From an uncultured beta proteobacterium (GTDB lineage Bacteria > Pseudomonadota > Gammaproteobacteria > Burkholderiales > JACQAP01): a stretch of DNA of 64,000 nucleotides. Below, in pieces: positions 9,476 through 19,700 of the stretch (the stretch's first letter is position 1; every line of letters starts with the position of its first letter). The notes beneath the pieces are model-generated. The model searched no databases. It was given only the letters and a program-made list of their open reading frames with translations, and was not told the DNA's origin. The translations under genes and the position numbers were made by a program. The stretch covers positions 875,247-939,246 of the forward strand of contig CAWJWT010000002.1 of the NCBI GenBank assembly GCA_963846655.1, written 5' to 3'.

Positions 9476-10245
9476 TGGGCAAGGTGTACCTGATTGGCGC
9501 GGGGCCGGGGGCGGCTGATTTGATTACGCTGCGCGGCGCCGAATTATTGAAGCGGGCGGATATCGTGTATTACGACGCGCTGGTGCAGCCGGAAATGCTT
9601 GCATTGGCCTCGCGCGCCAGGCAGGTTGCCGTGGGCAAGCGTTGCAGCCGTATTTCGACCGACCAACGCTTCATCAATCGCAGCCTGGTCGAGGCGGCGT
9701 CCAAATACGATACCGTTGTCAGGCTCAAGGGCGGGGATCCGATGCTGTTCGGCAGGGCGCAGGAAGAACTTCAGGCGTTGACGGCCGCCGGCGTTGACTG
9801 CGAGATCGTGCCAGGCGTTACTTCGGCGCTGGCGGCCAGTGCGGAACTGGGCGTTTCACTCACCGAGCGTGGCGTCAGTCGCAGCGTGGTGTTTGCCACG
9901 CCTCGCATCGGTGAAGGCGAAGATGCCAGCGATTGGGCGCCGGCCGTGGTCAGCGCCGATACCGCCGTCCTGTACATGGCAGTTGGCCAGGCCGCTGCGA
10001 TTGCAGCAGTTCTGGAAGCGCACGGCATGTCCGGGGCGACGCCGGTGATTCTGGTCGAGAATGCATCGCTGCCGGCCGCGCGCCATATCGGCAGCACGCT
10101 GCGTGGACTGCGCAGTGGGGCTGCGTGCGAATTGACGGGTCCGGCGTTGTTGCTATTCGGCGCGGTATTTCGCAAGCGCGCCCATGCGCTGATCGGGCAA
10201 GCGTTGCTCAGTGCGGTGATACCCCGCCAGGTTCTGCCCGGCTGA
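9475..10245 (+). CDS. cobA: Uroporphyrinogen-III C-methyltransferase (siroheme branch)
   Basis: [37 protein letters not shown]...VRLKGGDPMLFGRAQEE...VPGVTSA. 256 aa, so methyltransferase domain only. ATG overlaps the fdxA stop. Confidence 0.85.
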   Translation: MGKVYLIGAGPGAADLITLRGAELLKRADIVYYDALVQPEMLALASRARQVAVGKRCSRISTDQRFINRSLVEAASKYDTVVRLKGGDPMLFGRAQEELQALTAAGVDCEIVPGVTSALAASAELGVSLTERGVSRSVVFATPRIGEGEDASDWAPAVVSADTAVLYMAVGQAAAIAAVLEAHGMSGATPVILVENASLPAARHIGSTLRGLRSGAACELTGPALLLFGAVFRKRAHALIGQALLSAVIPRQVLPG

Positions 10246-10324
10246 TCCACCCCGCCCGTCGTCGCCGTCACGCCGCCAGGCCGTCCGTTACACTAGAGGG
10301 CATGGCATACATTCGAGTATCGCG

Positions 10325-10717
10325 GTGACTCCGGCGTCAGACTCGGCGATCATCCTGTTCGCACATGGTGCGCGCGATCCGGCATGGGCCGAGCCCTTCC
10401 GGCGGATCGTGGAGCGGTTACGCCATACCCGGCCCGGTACGCGCGTGGAACTGGCGTTTCTGGAAATGATGCAACCCACCCTGGCCTCGGCTGTCGCCAC
10501 ATTGGCTGCCGAACACTTTACTCGGCTCACGGTGGTCCCGCTTTTTCTGGCCCAAGGGGGGCATCTGCGGGAAGATCTGCCGCGCTTGCTGGAGGCCATT
10601 CGCTCAGATAACCCGCGTCTGCGCATCACGGTAACCAGTGCCATCGGCGACTCGGAAACTCTTACCAACGCCATTGCCGACTGGGCACTCGACCAGCACT
10701 TGTCCCGCATTGATTGA
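10325..10717 (+). CDS. cbiX: Small CbiX-type sirohydrochlorin chelatase
   Basis: 130 aa, GTG start. AIILFAHGARDPAWAEPF...VVPLFLAQGGHLREDLP is typical of CbiX(S)/SirB-like chelatases. Confidence 0.7.
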   Translation: MTPASDSAIILFAHGARDPAWAEPFRRIVERLRHTRPGTRVELAFLEMMQPTLASAVATLAAEHFTRLTVVPLFLAQGGHLREDLPRLLEAIRSDNPRLRITVTSAIGDSETLTNAIADWALDQHLSRID

Positions 10718-10797
10718 CAGCCGGCCGGGCAGGGCGCTTTAAAACCATGCTCCGGCAAGTGGAAAGCCGCTAGAATCCTGCCTTTTGGCTGTCGGAC

Positions 10798-11736
10798 ATG
10801 CGAGTTTTTCGGGGCATCCCGGCGCGGGCGGACGTCCCTATCGCGCTGACCATCGGTAACTTCGACGGGGTTCATCTCGGCCACCGTGCGATGATCGCGC
10901 GCCTGGCCGACGTGGCGCGTCGGCGAGGGTTGCCTGTGGCGGTCATGACTTTCGAACCCCAGCCTCAGGAATTTTTCGCGCCGGATCAGGCGCCCGCGCG
11001 CCTGACCGCCCTGCGCGAAAAATTGGACCTGCTGTGCGAGTGCGGCGTGGAGCGTGTGTACGTCTGCCATTTCGACTACGCCTTTGCGCAATTGACCGCC
11101 GACGAATTCATTTCGCGGATCCTGCACGACGGGCTGGCGGCGCGCTGGTTGCTGGTGGGGGACGATTTCCGGTTCGGCGCCCGACGCGCCGGGGATTTCA
11201 CCTTGCTCAAGTCGCTGGCGCCGTCGTTCTCCTTTGAAGTCGAAGCCATGGCGAGTGTGGTGGCCGCGGGTGGGCGTGTGTCCAGCACGGCAATTCGCGC
11301 CCGCCTGCAGCAAGGCGATTTGCGCGGTGCCCAGCAATTACTCGGCCGGCCGTATTCGATCAGCGGTCGCGTGGTGGATGGCGACAAACTGGGCGCCAGA
11401 CTCGGCTACCCGACCGCGAACGTACAGCTCAAGCGCGCCAAGGCGCCGCTGTCGGGGATTTTCGTAGTGGAAGTAGAGGGCCTTGGTCCGGCGCCTTTGC
11501 CGGGTGTGGCGAGCCTTGGCGTGCGTCCCACCGTCAAGGAGCGGGGTCAACCCACGCTGGAGGTCTACCTGTTTGAATTCAATGAGCGCATTTACGGACG
11601 GCGCATCGGCGTGCGTTTCCTCGAGAAGTTGCGCGACGAGCAGAAGTTCGCCGATATCGAATTGCTGGTGGCGCAGATGGACCGCGATGCCGAGCAAGCA
11701 AGGCAGTATTTTGCGCGGCGGTCCGCGCACGCATGA
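10798..11736 (+). CDS. ribF: Bifunctional riboflavin kinase / FMN adenylyltransferase
   Basis: LTIGNFDGVHLGHRAMI motif in the N-terminal FAD synthetase domain; C-terminal riboflavin kinase domain (GRPYSISGRVVDGDKLGARLGYPTAN). Confidence 0.9.
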   Translation: MRVFRGIPARADVPIALTIGNFDGVHLGHRAMIARLADVARRRGLPVAVMTFEPQPQEFFAPDQAPARLTALREKLDLLCECGVERVYVCHFDYAFAQLTADEFISRILHDGLAARWLLVGDDFRFGARRAGDFTLLKSLAPSFSFEVEAMASVVAAGGRVSSTAIRARLQQGDLRGAQQLLGRPYSISGRVVDGDKLGARLGYPTANVQLKRAKAPLSGIFVVEVEGLGPAPLPGVASLGVRPTVKERGQPTLEVYLFEFNERIYGRRIGVRFLEKLRDEQKFADIELLVAQMDRDAEQARQYFARRSAHA

Positions 11737-11765
11737 GCCCGTCTGAGTGAGGATTCGAAAAAAGC

Positions 11766-14522
11766 ATGGCTGACTACAAGAACACATTGAACCTTCCTGA
11801 CACGCCGTTCCCGATGCGCGGGGATCTGTCCCGGCGTGAGCCCGCCTGGGTACAGCAGTGGCAGGAGAGCAAGCTGTACGAGCGCATACGCGAGGCGTCC
11901 CAGGGACGGCCGAAATTCATTCTTCACGACGGGCCGCCCTATGCCAACGGTGATATTCACATCGGCCATGCCGTCAACAAGATACTCAAGGACATCGTGG
12001 TCAAGTCCAAAACCCTGGCGGGCTTTGACGCCCCCTATGTGCCGGGATGGGATTGCCACGGCCTGCCCATCGAGCATCAGGTCGAAAAGAAGCACGGAAA
12101 GAATATTCCTGCCGCGCAGTTTCGCAAGCTTTGCCGCGATTTTGCCGCCGAGCAAATCGAGCGCCAGCGCAAGGACTTTATCCGCCTGGGCGTTCTCGGC
12201 GACTGGCTGAATCCCTACCAGACAATGGATTTCAAGACCGAGGCCGATACCATCCGGGCCCTGGATGCGATCCGGCGCCGGGGCTTTCTCTATCAGGGGG
12301 CGAAACCGGTGCACTGGTGTCTGGATTGCCGGTCGGCCCTTGCCGAAGCGGAAGTCGAGTACGAGGATCGCACGTCACCGGCGATCGATGTCGCTTTCAA
12401 GGTGCATGACAATGCCGCGCTGGCGAAAATCCTGCGATTTACGCACATCTATGAGCCGGTGTTCGCGATCATCTGGACGACGACGCCCTGGACATTGCCG
12501 GCCAATCAGGCCGTCTCCGTGCACCCCGATTTCGATTATGTGCTGGTGCATTTCTCCGCGGGTTTCCTGATTCTCGCCAAGGATCTTGCAGACCAGTGCC
12601 TGCAGTCGTATCAGATACAGGAACGCGAAATCGTCGCCGAGTTCAAGGGCGCGGACATCGAGAACCTGGCGCTCGAGCACCCGTTCTACGAGCGACTCGT
12701 GCCGGTCGTGCTGGGCGATCATGTGACACTCGATTCGGGTACCGGCCTGGTTCACACGGCGCCGGCCCACGGCGTGGAAGATTTTGCAGTCGGCCTGCGT
12801 TACCAACTGCCGGTGGAAAATCCGGTGGATGACGACGGCCGGTTTTTCCCGAAGGTCCCGCTCGTTGGGGGGCAGACAGTGTGGCAGTCCAATGATGTGG
12901 TCGTCCAGGCGCTCAAGGACCACGAGCGCTTGTTACGCATCGAAAGCTACCGGCACAGTTATCCGCATTGCTGGCGCCACAAGTCGCCGCTGATTTTTCG
13001 CGCCACGCGCCAATGGTTCATCGGTATGGATCTCGATGGCGCGCGCAACTTGCGACAGATCGCGGCGAAGGCAGTTAAGGCGACGGCGTTCTATCCTTCC
13101 TGGGGGGAAGCGCGCCTGCAGGGGATGATTGCCACCCGGCCCGACTGGTGTGTATCGCGCCAGCGTCACTGGGGCACACCCATGGCTTACTTCGTTCACA
13201 AGGAATCCGGGGAGTTGCATCCACGTACCGATGAACTCGTCGAGCAGGTCGCGCAGCGCGTGGAGCGCCAGGGCATCGAAGGCTGGTTCTCGCTTGACGC
13301 TGCCGAATTGCTGGGCGACGAGGCGACTACCTACCGCAAGGTGCCCGATACGCTCGATGTGTGGTTCGATTCCGGCACCACCCATCGGTCGGTTCTCCAG
13401 CGGCGCGAGGAACTGTGCAAACCGGCCGATCTGTACCTGGAGGGTTCCGACCAGCATCGCGGCTGGTTTCAGTCGTCGTTGCTGACCGGCTGCGCCATAG
13501 ACGGGCAGGCGCCCTTCAAAGGCTTGCTGACACACGGCTTCGTGGTCGACGGCCAGGGGCGCAAGATGTCGAAATCGGTGGGCAATGTCATTGCGCCGCA
13601 GAAAGTCATGGATACGCTCGGCGCCGATGTGCTGCGTCTGTGGATCGCATCGACCGACTACTCGGGCGAATTGTCGCTGTCCGACGAAATATTGAAGCGT
13701 GTGGTCGAATCGTACCGGCGCATCCGCAACACGCTGCGCTTCCTGCTGGCCAATCTGGATGACTTCGATCCCAAGGCGCATGCGTTGCCCGTGACGGAAT
13801 GGATCGAGATCGACCGCTACGCGCTGCAGATGGCCGCACGGCTCCAACGCCAGGTACTCAAGGATTACGACGAGTTCGAATTTCATTTTGTCGTGCAAAA
13901 ACTGCAGACCTTCTGTTCCGAAGACCTCGGCGGGTTCTATCTGGACGTCCTCAAGGATCGCCTGTATACGGCCGCGAAAGATTCCCGTGCGCGCCGCTCC
14001 GCACAAAGCGCGCTGTATCACATCGCGCACAGCCTGCTGCGCCTGGTGGCCCCCATCCTGTCGTTCACAGCGGATGAAGCGTGGCCGGTGGTCACACGCA
14101 ACGAGGGCGATAGCGTGCTGCTGTACACCTGGCATGCGTTCCCTGATTCGGGCGCGGACCTGTGCCCGCGCTGGGACGAGATCCGGGTCGCGCGCTCCGA
14201 AGCCCAGAAGGAGATCGAGGCCGTCCGGGCCGCCGGCAAAATAGGCTCCTCGTTGCAGGCAGAGGTCGAGTTCCAGGCCTCGGGGGAACGCCTCGCGTTG
14301 CTGCAATCCCTGGACGACGATCTGCGCTTCGTGTTCGTCACCTCGCAAGCCACGGTCGTCGAGGGCACAAACGAAATAAGGGTCAAGCCGAGCGCTTACC
14401 GTAAATGCGAGCGCTGCTGGCATTACCGCGAGGATGTGGGCGCGGACGCCGGTCATCCCGAGATCTGCGGGCGGTGCACGGCGAATCTGTTTGGTTCCGG
14501 CGAGCGGCGCGTTCATGCGTAG
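11766..14522 (+). CDS. ileS: Isoleucine--tRNA ligase
   Basis: 918 aa. HIGH motif ([16 protein letters not shown]), KMSKS motif ([10 protein letters not shown]), C-terminal zinc knuckles (CERCWHY...CGRC). Uninterrupted frame. Confidence 0.95.
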   Translation: MADYKNTLNLPDTPFPMRGDLSRREPAWVQQWQESKLYERIREASQGRPKFILHDGPPYANGDIHIGHAVNKILKDIVVKSKTLAGFDAPYVPGWDCHGLPIEHQVEKKHGKNIPAAQFRKLCRDFAAEQIERQRKDFIRLGVLGDWLNPYQTMDFKTEADTIRALDAIRRRGFLYQGAKPVHWCLDCRSALAEAEVEYEDRTSPAIDVAFKVHDNAALAKILRFTHIYEPVFAIIWTTTPWTLPANQAVSVHPDFDYVLVHFSAGFLILAKDLADQCLQSYQIQEREIVAEFKGADIENLALEHPFYERLVPVVLGDHVTLDSGTGLVHTAPAHGVEDFAVGLRYQLPVENPVDDDGRFFPKVPLVGGQTVWQSNDVVVQALKDHERLLRIESYRHSYPHCWRHKSPLIFRATRQWFIGMDLDGARNLRQIAAKAVKATAFYPSWGEARLQGMIATRPDWCVSRQRHWGTPMAYFVHKESGELHPRTDELVEQVAQRVERQGIEGWFSLDAAELLGDEATTYRKVPDTLDVWFDSGTTHRSVLQRREELCKPADLYLEGSDQHRGWFQSSLLTGCAIDGQAPFKGLLTHGFVVDGQGRKMSKSVGNVIAPQKVMDTLGADVLRLWIASTDYSGELSLSDEILKRVVESYRRIRNTLRFLLANLDDFDPKAHALPVTEWIEIDRYALQMAARLQRQVLKDYDEFEFHFVVQKLQTFCSEDLGGFYLDVLKDRLYTAAKDSRARRSAQSALYHIAHSLLRLVAPILSFTADEAWPVVTRNEGDSVLLYTWHAFPDSGADLCPRWDEIRVARSEAQKEIEAVRAAGKIGSSLQAEVEFQASGERLALLQSLDDDLRFVFVTSQATVVEGTNEIRVKPSAYRKCERCWHYREDVGADAGHPEICGRCTANLFGSGERRVHA

Positions 14523-15009
14523 CCTGCGCATCTGGTTCGGCTTCAGCGCGCTGCTCGTCGCCCTCGACCAGATCACAAAGATCCTCATTCAGCGCGCACT
14601 GGGGCCCGGCGAAACCATCGACGTATTGCCGCCGGTGGTGACACTGGTGCTCGCCTACAATCCCGGCGCGGCATTCAGCTTCCTTGCATCCGCGGGGGGC
14701 TGGCAGCGTTATTTTTTCCTGGTCATTGCGCTGGTCGCCTCGGCGTTGATCACCTATATGATGGTCAAGCATCATTCGAACCGTTTCCTGTGCTTTGCGC
14801 TTGCACTCGTGCTTGGGGGCGCGGTGGGCAATCTCATCGACCGTGTCGTTTACGGCAAGGTGGTGGATTTCCTGCTGCTGCGCTGGCCCGGCGGGCCGGC
14901 CTTGTTCGATCCCTGGCCGGCATTCAACCTGGCCGATTCCTGCATCACCATCGGCGCCGTGTTGTTGATCTGGGATAGTTTCCGCAGACCGCGTGTCCAA
15001 GGGGCGTGA
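14515..15009 (+). CDS. lspA: Lipoprotein signal peptidase II
   Basis: ATG 14515 overlaps the ileS end. Four TM helices and conserved GNLIDR and FNLADS motifs. Confidence 0.9.
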   Translation: MRSLRIWFGFSALLVALDQITKILIQRALGPGETIDVLPPVVTLVLAYNPGAAFSFLASAGGWQRYFFLVIALVASALITYMMVKHHSNRFLCFALALVLGGAVGNLIDRVVYGKVVDFLLLRWPGGPALFDPWPAFNLADSCITIGAVLLIWDSFRRPRVQGA

Positions 15010-15677
15010 GTTCGTTACCGGATGAGTCGATGCCGAACTGGATGAAAATGATTGACGCCAAGATCGCGTTGGCGAGGCGCGGCGCGAAACCGTCGAAGGT
15101 GGGCGACAATCCGCGAATTCCGCCGGGGCAAAAGCAGGTGCACGATTTTCCCGTCCTCGATCTGGGACTCGAGCCCGACGTCTCGCCGTCGAACTGGAAT
15201 CTGCGCATATTCGGCCTGGTCGAGCACGAACTCGAATTCGGGTGGAAGGCTTTTCAACAGCTTCCGCAAGTCGGGCGGACGACCGATTTCCACTGTGTCA
15301 CGCGCTGGTCGCAACTCGACATGCACTGGAAGGGCGTCTCGGCACGTGAACTTCTTTTGCGTGCGCGCCCCCTGCGCGAGGCCGCTTTTGTCACGCTGCA
15401 TTGTGCAGACGAGTACACAACTAATTTGCCGCTGGACGCGTTGCTCGACGATGACGTGTTGCTCGCGCACAGCGTATTGAGCAAGCCATTGACCCCCGAA
15501 CATGGCGGACCGGTGCGCCTGGTGGTACCCAAACGCTATGCATGGAAGAGCGCCAAGTGGCTGACCGGCATCGAATTGCACGCCGCGGACCGCCCGGGGT
15601 TCTGGGAAGTGCGCGGCTATCACAATGAGGCGGACCCGTGGCAGGAACAGCGCTTCTCCCACGCCGCTTTGGATTAA
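15006..15677 (+). CDS. Sulfite-oxidase-family molybdopterin oxidoreductase domain protein (cytoplasmic; no signal peptide seen)
   Basis: ...TDFHCVTRWSQLDMHWKGVSARELL...EHGGPVRLVVPKRYAWKSAKWLTGIEL...GFWEVRGYH is the Oxidored_molyb fold signature. Start codon (GTG 15006 or a downstream ATG) is uncertain. Confidence 0.7.
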   Translation: MSSLPDESMPNWMKMIDAKIALARRGAKPSKVGDNPRIPPGQKQVHDFPVLDLGLEPDVSPSNWNLRIFGLVEHELEFGWKAFQQLPQVGRTTDFHCVTRWSQLDMHWKGVSARELLLRARPLREAAFVTLHCADEYTTNLPLDALLDDDVLLAHSVLSKPLTPEHGGPVRLVVPKRYAWKSAKWLTGIELHAADRPGFWEVRGYHNEADPWQEQRFSHAALD

Positions 15678-15723
15678 TCGGCACGGCGTATAATTCCGGC
15701 CTGCCTTTTTGATTGCCGTGTCC

Positions 15724-16659
15724 ATGGAAGTCCTGCTTGCCAATCCCCGCGGTTTTTGCGCCGGCGTAGACCGCGCCATCGAGATCGTCGAACGTGCCTT
15801 GAAACTGCATGGGGCGCCGATCTATGTGCGCCACGAGGTGGTCCACAACAAGTACGTGGTGGAGGATTTGCGCGCCAAGGGTGCGGTGTTCGTGGAAGCG
15901 CTGAGCGAGATTCCGCAAGGCGCGACCGTCGTGTTCAGCGCCCATGGCGTATCGCAAGCGGTGCGTCGCGATGCCGAAGCGCGCGGCTTGAATGTCTTCG
16001 ATGCCACGTGTCCGTTGGTGACCAAGGTCCATGTCGAAGTCGGCAAGATGCACCAGGGTCGGCGGGAGATCGTGATGATCGGCCATGCGGGCCATCCGGA
16101 AGTGGAAGGCACCATGGGCCAGGTCGACGCTCAGGGTGGACGCGGCATGTATCTGGTGGAATCCGTCGAGGACGTCGCACGCCTTGAGGTGAGCAATCCG
16201 GACAATCTTGCGTTCGTGACCCAGACGACTTTATCGGTGGACGACGCGCGCGCGATCACCGAGGCGCTGCGGCGGCGTTATCCGTCCATCATCGGCCCCA
16301 AAAAAGACGATATCTGCTACGCGACGCAGAACCGCCAGGATGCAGTCAAGGCGCTGGCGAAACACAGTGATGTGTTGATCGTCGTCGGCTCGCCGAACAG
16401 TTCGAATTCCAACCGCTTGCGAGAAGTCGCCGCCAATCTCGGCGTGCCCGCCTACATGCTTGACGATGCCGCCGATCTGAAGCCCGAGTGGGTGAAAGGC
16501 AAGCAGGTTGTGGGCGTCACGGCGGGCGCCTCCGCGCCGGAAGTGCTCGTCCAGGCGGTCATATCGAGGCTCAGGACCTTGGGCGCGCAAACGGTCCGGG
16601 AGCTCGACGGGATTGCGGAGCGGGTCACGTTCCCCCTGCCCAAGGCACTGAGCCGCTGA
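15724..16659 (+). CDS. ispH: 4-hydroxy-3-methylbut-2-enyl diphosphate reductase
   Basis: [26 protein letters not shown]..., conserved Cys/His ligand regions, 311 aa. The ORF-track TTG at 15709 is less likely than the ATG at 15724. Confidence 0.9.
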   Translation: MEVLLANPRGFCAGVDRAIEIVERALKLHGAPIYVRHEVVHNKYVVEDLRAKGAVFVEALSEIPQGATVVFSAHGVSQAVRRDAEARGLNVFDATCPLVTKVHVEVGKMHQGRREIVMIGHAGHPEVEGTMGQVDAQGGRGMYLVESVEDVARLEVSNPDNLAFVTQTTLSVDDARAITEALRRRYPSIIGPKKDDICYATQNRQDAVKALAKHSDVLIVVGSPNSSNSNRLREVAANLGVPAYMLDDAADLKPEWVKGKQVVGVTAGASAPEVLVQAVISRLRTLGAQTVRELDGIAERVTFPLPKALSR

Positions 16660-16680
16660 CGCTGCGGCCCGGCCAGAAAG

Positions 16681-16713
16681 AAAAGCGGCTCGCATTGCGA
16701 GCCGCTTTTTGTT
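16681..16713. terminator. Bidirectional rho-independent terminator between convergent ispH and pilY1
   Basis: Perfect 9-bp stem gcggctcgc (16685-16693) pairs with gcgagccgc (16697-16705) around a 3-nt loop. Flanked by aaaa upstream and tttttgttt downstream. Confidence 0.8.
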
Positions 16714-16726
16714 TGCCTTGACCTGG

Positions 16727-19700
16727 CTACTGCGACAACTCTCGCCAGGAACTGCGGCGGCCGGTCGGGCTCGGTGAGGAGAACGGCGGCGCCAGGTTGG
16801 GATATTTGTTATCCGATGTGGTCACGATCGCAACCGTCTTGTTGTTCGGCAGGCGCACCACGCTGATACCGACCACCAGCGAGTTGCCGATCAGCACGCC
16901 GGCAAGCGTGCTGCCCGAGGATACGACGTAGCCCCCCGTCTTGTAATCCAGGAAGTTCAGATACGAGGTGCCGCCCGACGTGCAGGCGCTCGACGCCGGA
17001 ATATTCGAACCGATGATCAGCGTGCCCAGTTGCAATTTCGGATCCACGTTGACCCGTTCACCCAGGTCCGGAAGATCCACCCGCCACCCGTTCTTCGAGG
17101 CATCGACCGTATTCGATGTCGCCGTGCGCGTTCCTGCACCGACGCCGGTCGTCGTGTTCGTCAACGTCTGGGCGACAATCGTGCCGCCGCGCACATTGAT
17201 CGGTGAGGCGGGCGCAGTGCCGTTGGTCGCATCCTTGATGCCGTAGATCGTCTGAGTCTGCGTGGAGGGCAGGTCGCTGGTGCCCAGATAACGCCCGGTG
17301 CCCACATAGATGAACGGCACCCCGTTGACTTCGCCCAGTTCCGGCTTGGTCGTCACCGGCTGTCCAACGCCGGACGGATCGGTATAGCGCGCGACTGCGT
17401 ACGCAGTGGCTGTATCCAGATTGAAGCGCCACAGATAACCCTGCAAGTCCGCGCCGTACACTCTGAGCGTGGTGTTGTCCACACTGGTGTCATCCACCCA
17501 GTTATTGAGGCGGGAGAGGCCCAGCGGCGTGGTGGTGCTGCCCGGGTTGAGGAACTGCGAGGCATTGGCGGCCTGGATCTTTTTCAGGATCACGCCGGTG
17601 ACCGGGATTCAGCACATACACGTAGCCTTTGCCGTCTCCGGGACTGACGTTGTTATAGCCGGAGGTGACGACCACGACCCAGGTGCCATTGCCAAGCTTG
17701 GTGATGATCGGGTTGCCGTAGGAGAGCCCCAGGTCGCAGTCGTCGGTGCTGACGCCGAGTGTCACGGACGACGGGCAGCTTGCCGTGGGCCTGACATTGA
17801 ATTCCCACAAGCCGACGGGCGTCGCCGGATCGGTGACATCGAGCGCGTAAAACCCGCGTCCGCCCGCACTCAGACCGCCCACCAGAATCGTCTTCCATTT
17901 AGCGGCGACCGGATCGTAGATGTCGCCGACGGTTGGCGAGCCATCGACATAGTACTGGTGACGGTTGCCGTAGTCCTTGTCGGCAAGGCGATACAGGTTC
18001 GGGATCAGGATATTGGGGATGAACGCCCAGCGCTCGTCACCAGTGTCGCCGTTGAAGGCATGCAGCATGCCGTCGTTGGCGGCGATGTACACGCTGGAAC
18101 TGCGCGGACCGCTGAATATCCCGGTACAACCTGCACCGCCAGTGTTGACGCACTCCTTGAAGTTCGCGCCGGCCGGTGCACGCGAATCCGGCGTCGGTGT
18201 AGGCAGCCGAAATCTGCTTCACGTAGACCGGTGCGCCATTGACCACGTCGCCCAGCACATGCTGCCGGTCGCGATACAACTGATTCGCCGTGGCAACCGA
18301 GGCCTGGCTTTCGAAAGAGCCATCGCCCCGGATGAAGTTGACGAGGTTCAGGCCCGCAGCGGCTGCCTGTTGGGCGGCATTCAAGCTTCCCCACTGGGTC
18401 AGCGGATTTGCACCGGTTCCGATCCAGCCGGCATCGAAGTAGGCCTGCTCGGCGCCGCTGAGGTTCGCGTAAGTGAAGTCCTGCAGTTTATTGGTGCTGC
18501 CGGAATTGAACCGCTTGATGGCGCGGCTGCTGCCGCCCGGCGTGGTCGAATTGTTCAGGGTATCGAGCTGGGTCTTGTGCGCTCCAGAGCGCCGTCGGGC
18601 TCACCGCACCGGTGTTCAGGTCGATGGTGCGCGCTTCGACGTCCCCGTTCCAGCGCACGGTCTCGTAACTCGCGACATAGGCGAAGTTGTCGCCGGCCAC
18701 GGGCTCGAGGTTACTGGTTGCCGCAGCGGCCGCCGAACCCGAGACTGCCGTGACGCCCACCAGTGCGTTCGACAGGCCGGTCACCAACTGCGCCGGATCG
18801 CGGGCGCTGAAATAGGTGCCCCGGCCGTTGACCGCGGCGTGCCACAGATCGTCCACGGCGGTGACGGTGTCTGCAACCGGTTGCGGCCAGTTCTTGGCGC
18901 CGTTCTTGATGGCCAGAAAATCCCCGGTCGGATTGGTGCGATAGTCCGACGCATAATTCAGCGCGCCGTCCACGCCCAGGCCCAAAGTCAGGGTCGTCAT
19001 ATGCTGCCAGCTCGCGCTGTCGTTCTGCGGGTCGGTGCCCGGCTGCCCCGGTACGTTATTGGTCGTGCCGACATCGAGCTGGGTAGCGGGGCTGCCGACG
19101 GCAGCGCCCAGCGAGCCCGGCGCGCGCAAGTCGGTGATGTAGTAATACTGCGCGACGTCTGCCAGCGTGTCTGCATAACCCAGCGGGCCGGATGTCGAGG
19201 ACACCGTGTTGGTATTCGCGGCCCCTGCGGTCGTGGACGAAGTCACCGGTCCGATGGTGAAGTCGGCGGAAGTGATGGTTGCGCCGATGGAGTTGCTCGA
19301 CGGTGCGCCGTTCGTGCTCGGTCGACGCACCGGCGGACGGGCCGCCTGTCGTAGTTGTTGGAGATCACGCTGCTGCTGCTGCTTGTCGCCGCGGCGCCGG
19401 GGTGCCCGGTGACTACGGGTGCCGAAGTGCCGCCTACGACCGTGCTGGTCGCAGCTGCGGTTTTTCCCGAGGTATCGCAAGAATTCACAGTGCTGAACGT
19501 CGGGCCGCTGGTCGTCCCGCTGTAAGCTCGTCGTCGCGGCACCTCCGCCAACGGTCGTGCTGATTCTGTTGTAACCCATGATGCGCTGCAGTTTCACTGT
19601 GCGTGCGCCCGAACCCGAGCACGTATAGGTCGTCTGCGGATTGGGACTGCCCCCGAACGCGGCACTGAACGAACTGGCGACATTCGTGCCCTCGGTGCTG

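Noticed and set aside
12933-14588. 551-aa ORF antisense to ileS. Similar very long antisense ORFs occur at 35426-37237 (opposite flhA), 38716-40362, 42607-44334, 46575-47894, 49862-51640, 60426-62279 and 62386-63771.
   Set aside because: Each lies opposite a gene with unmistakable conserved motifs. Their translations are Arg/Ala/Gly/His/Pro-rich low-information sequence typical of stop-codon-poor shadow frames in GC-rich DNA, and they have no start context or recognisable motifs.
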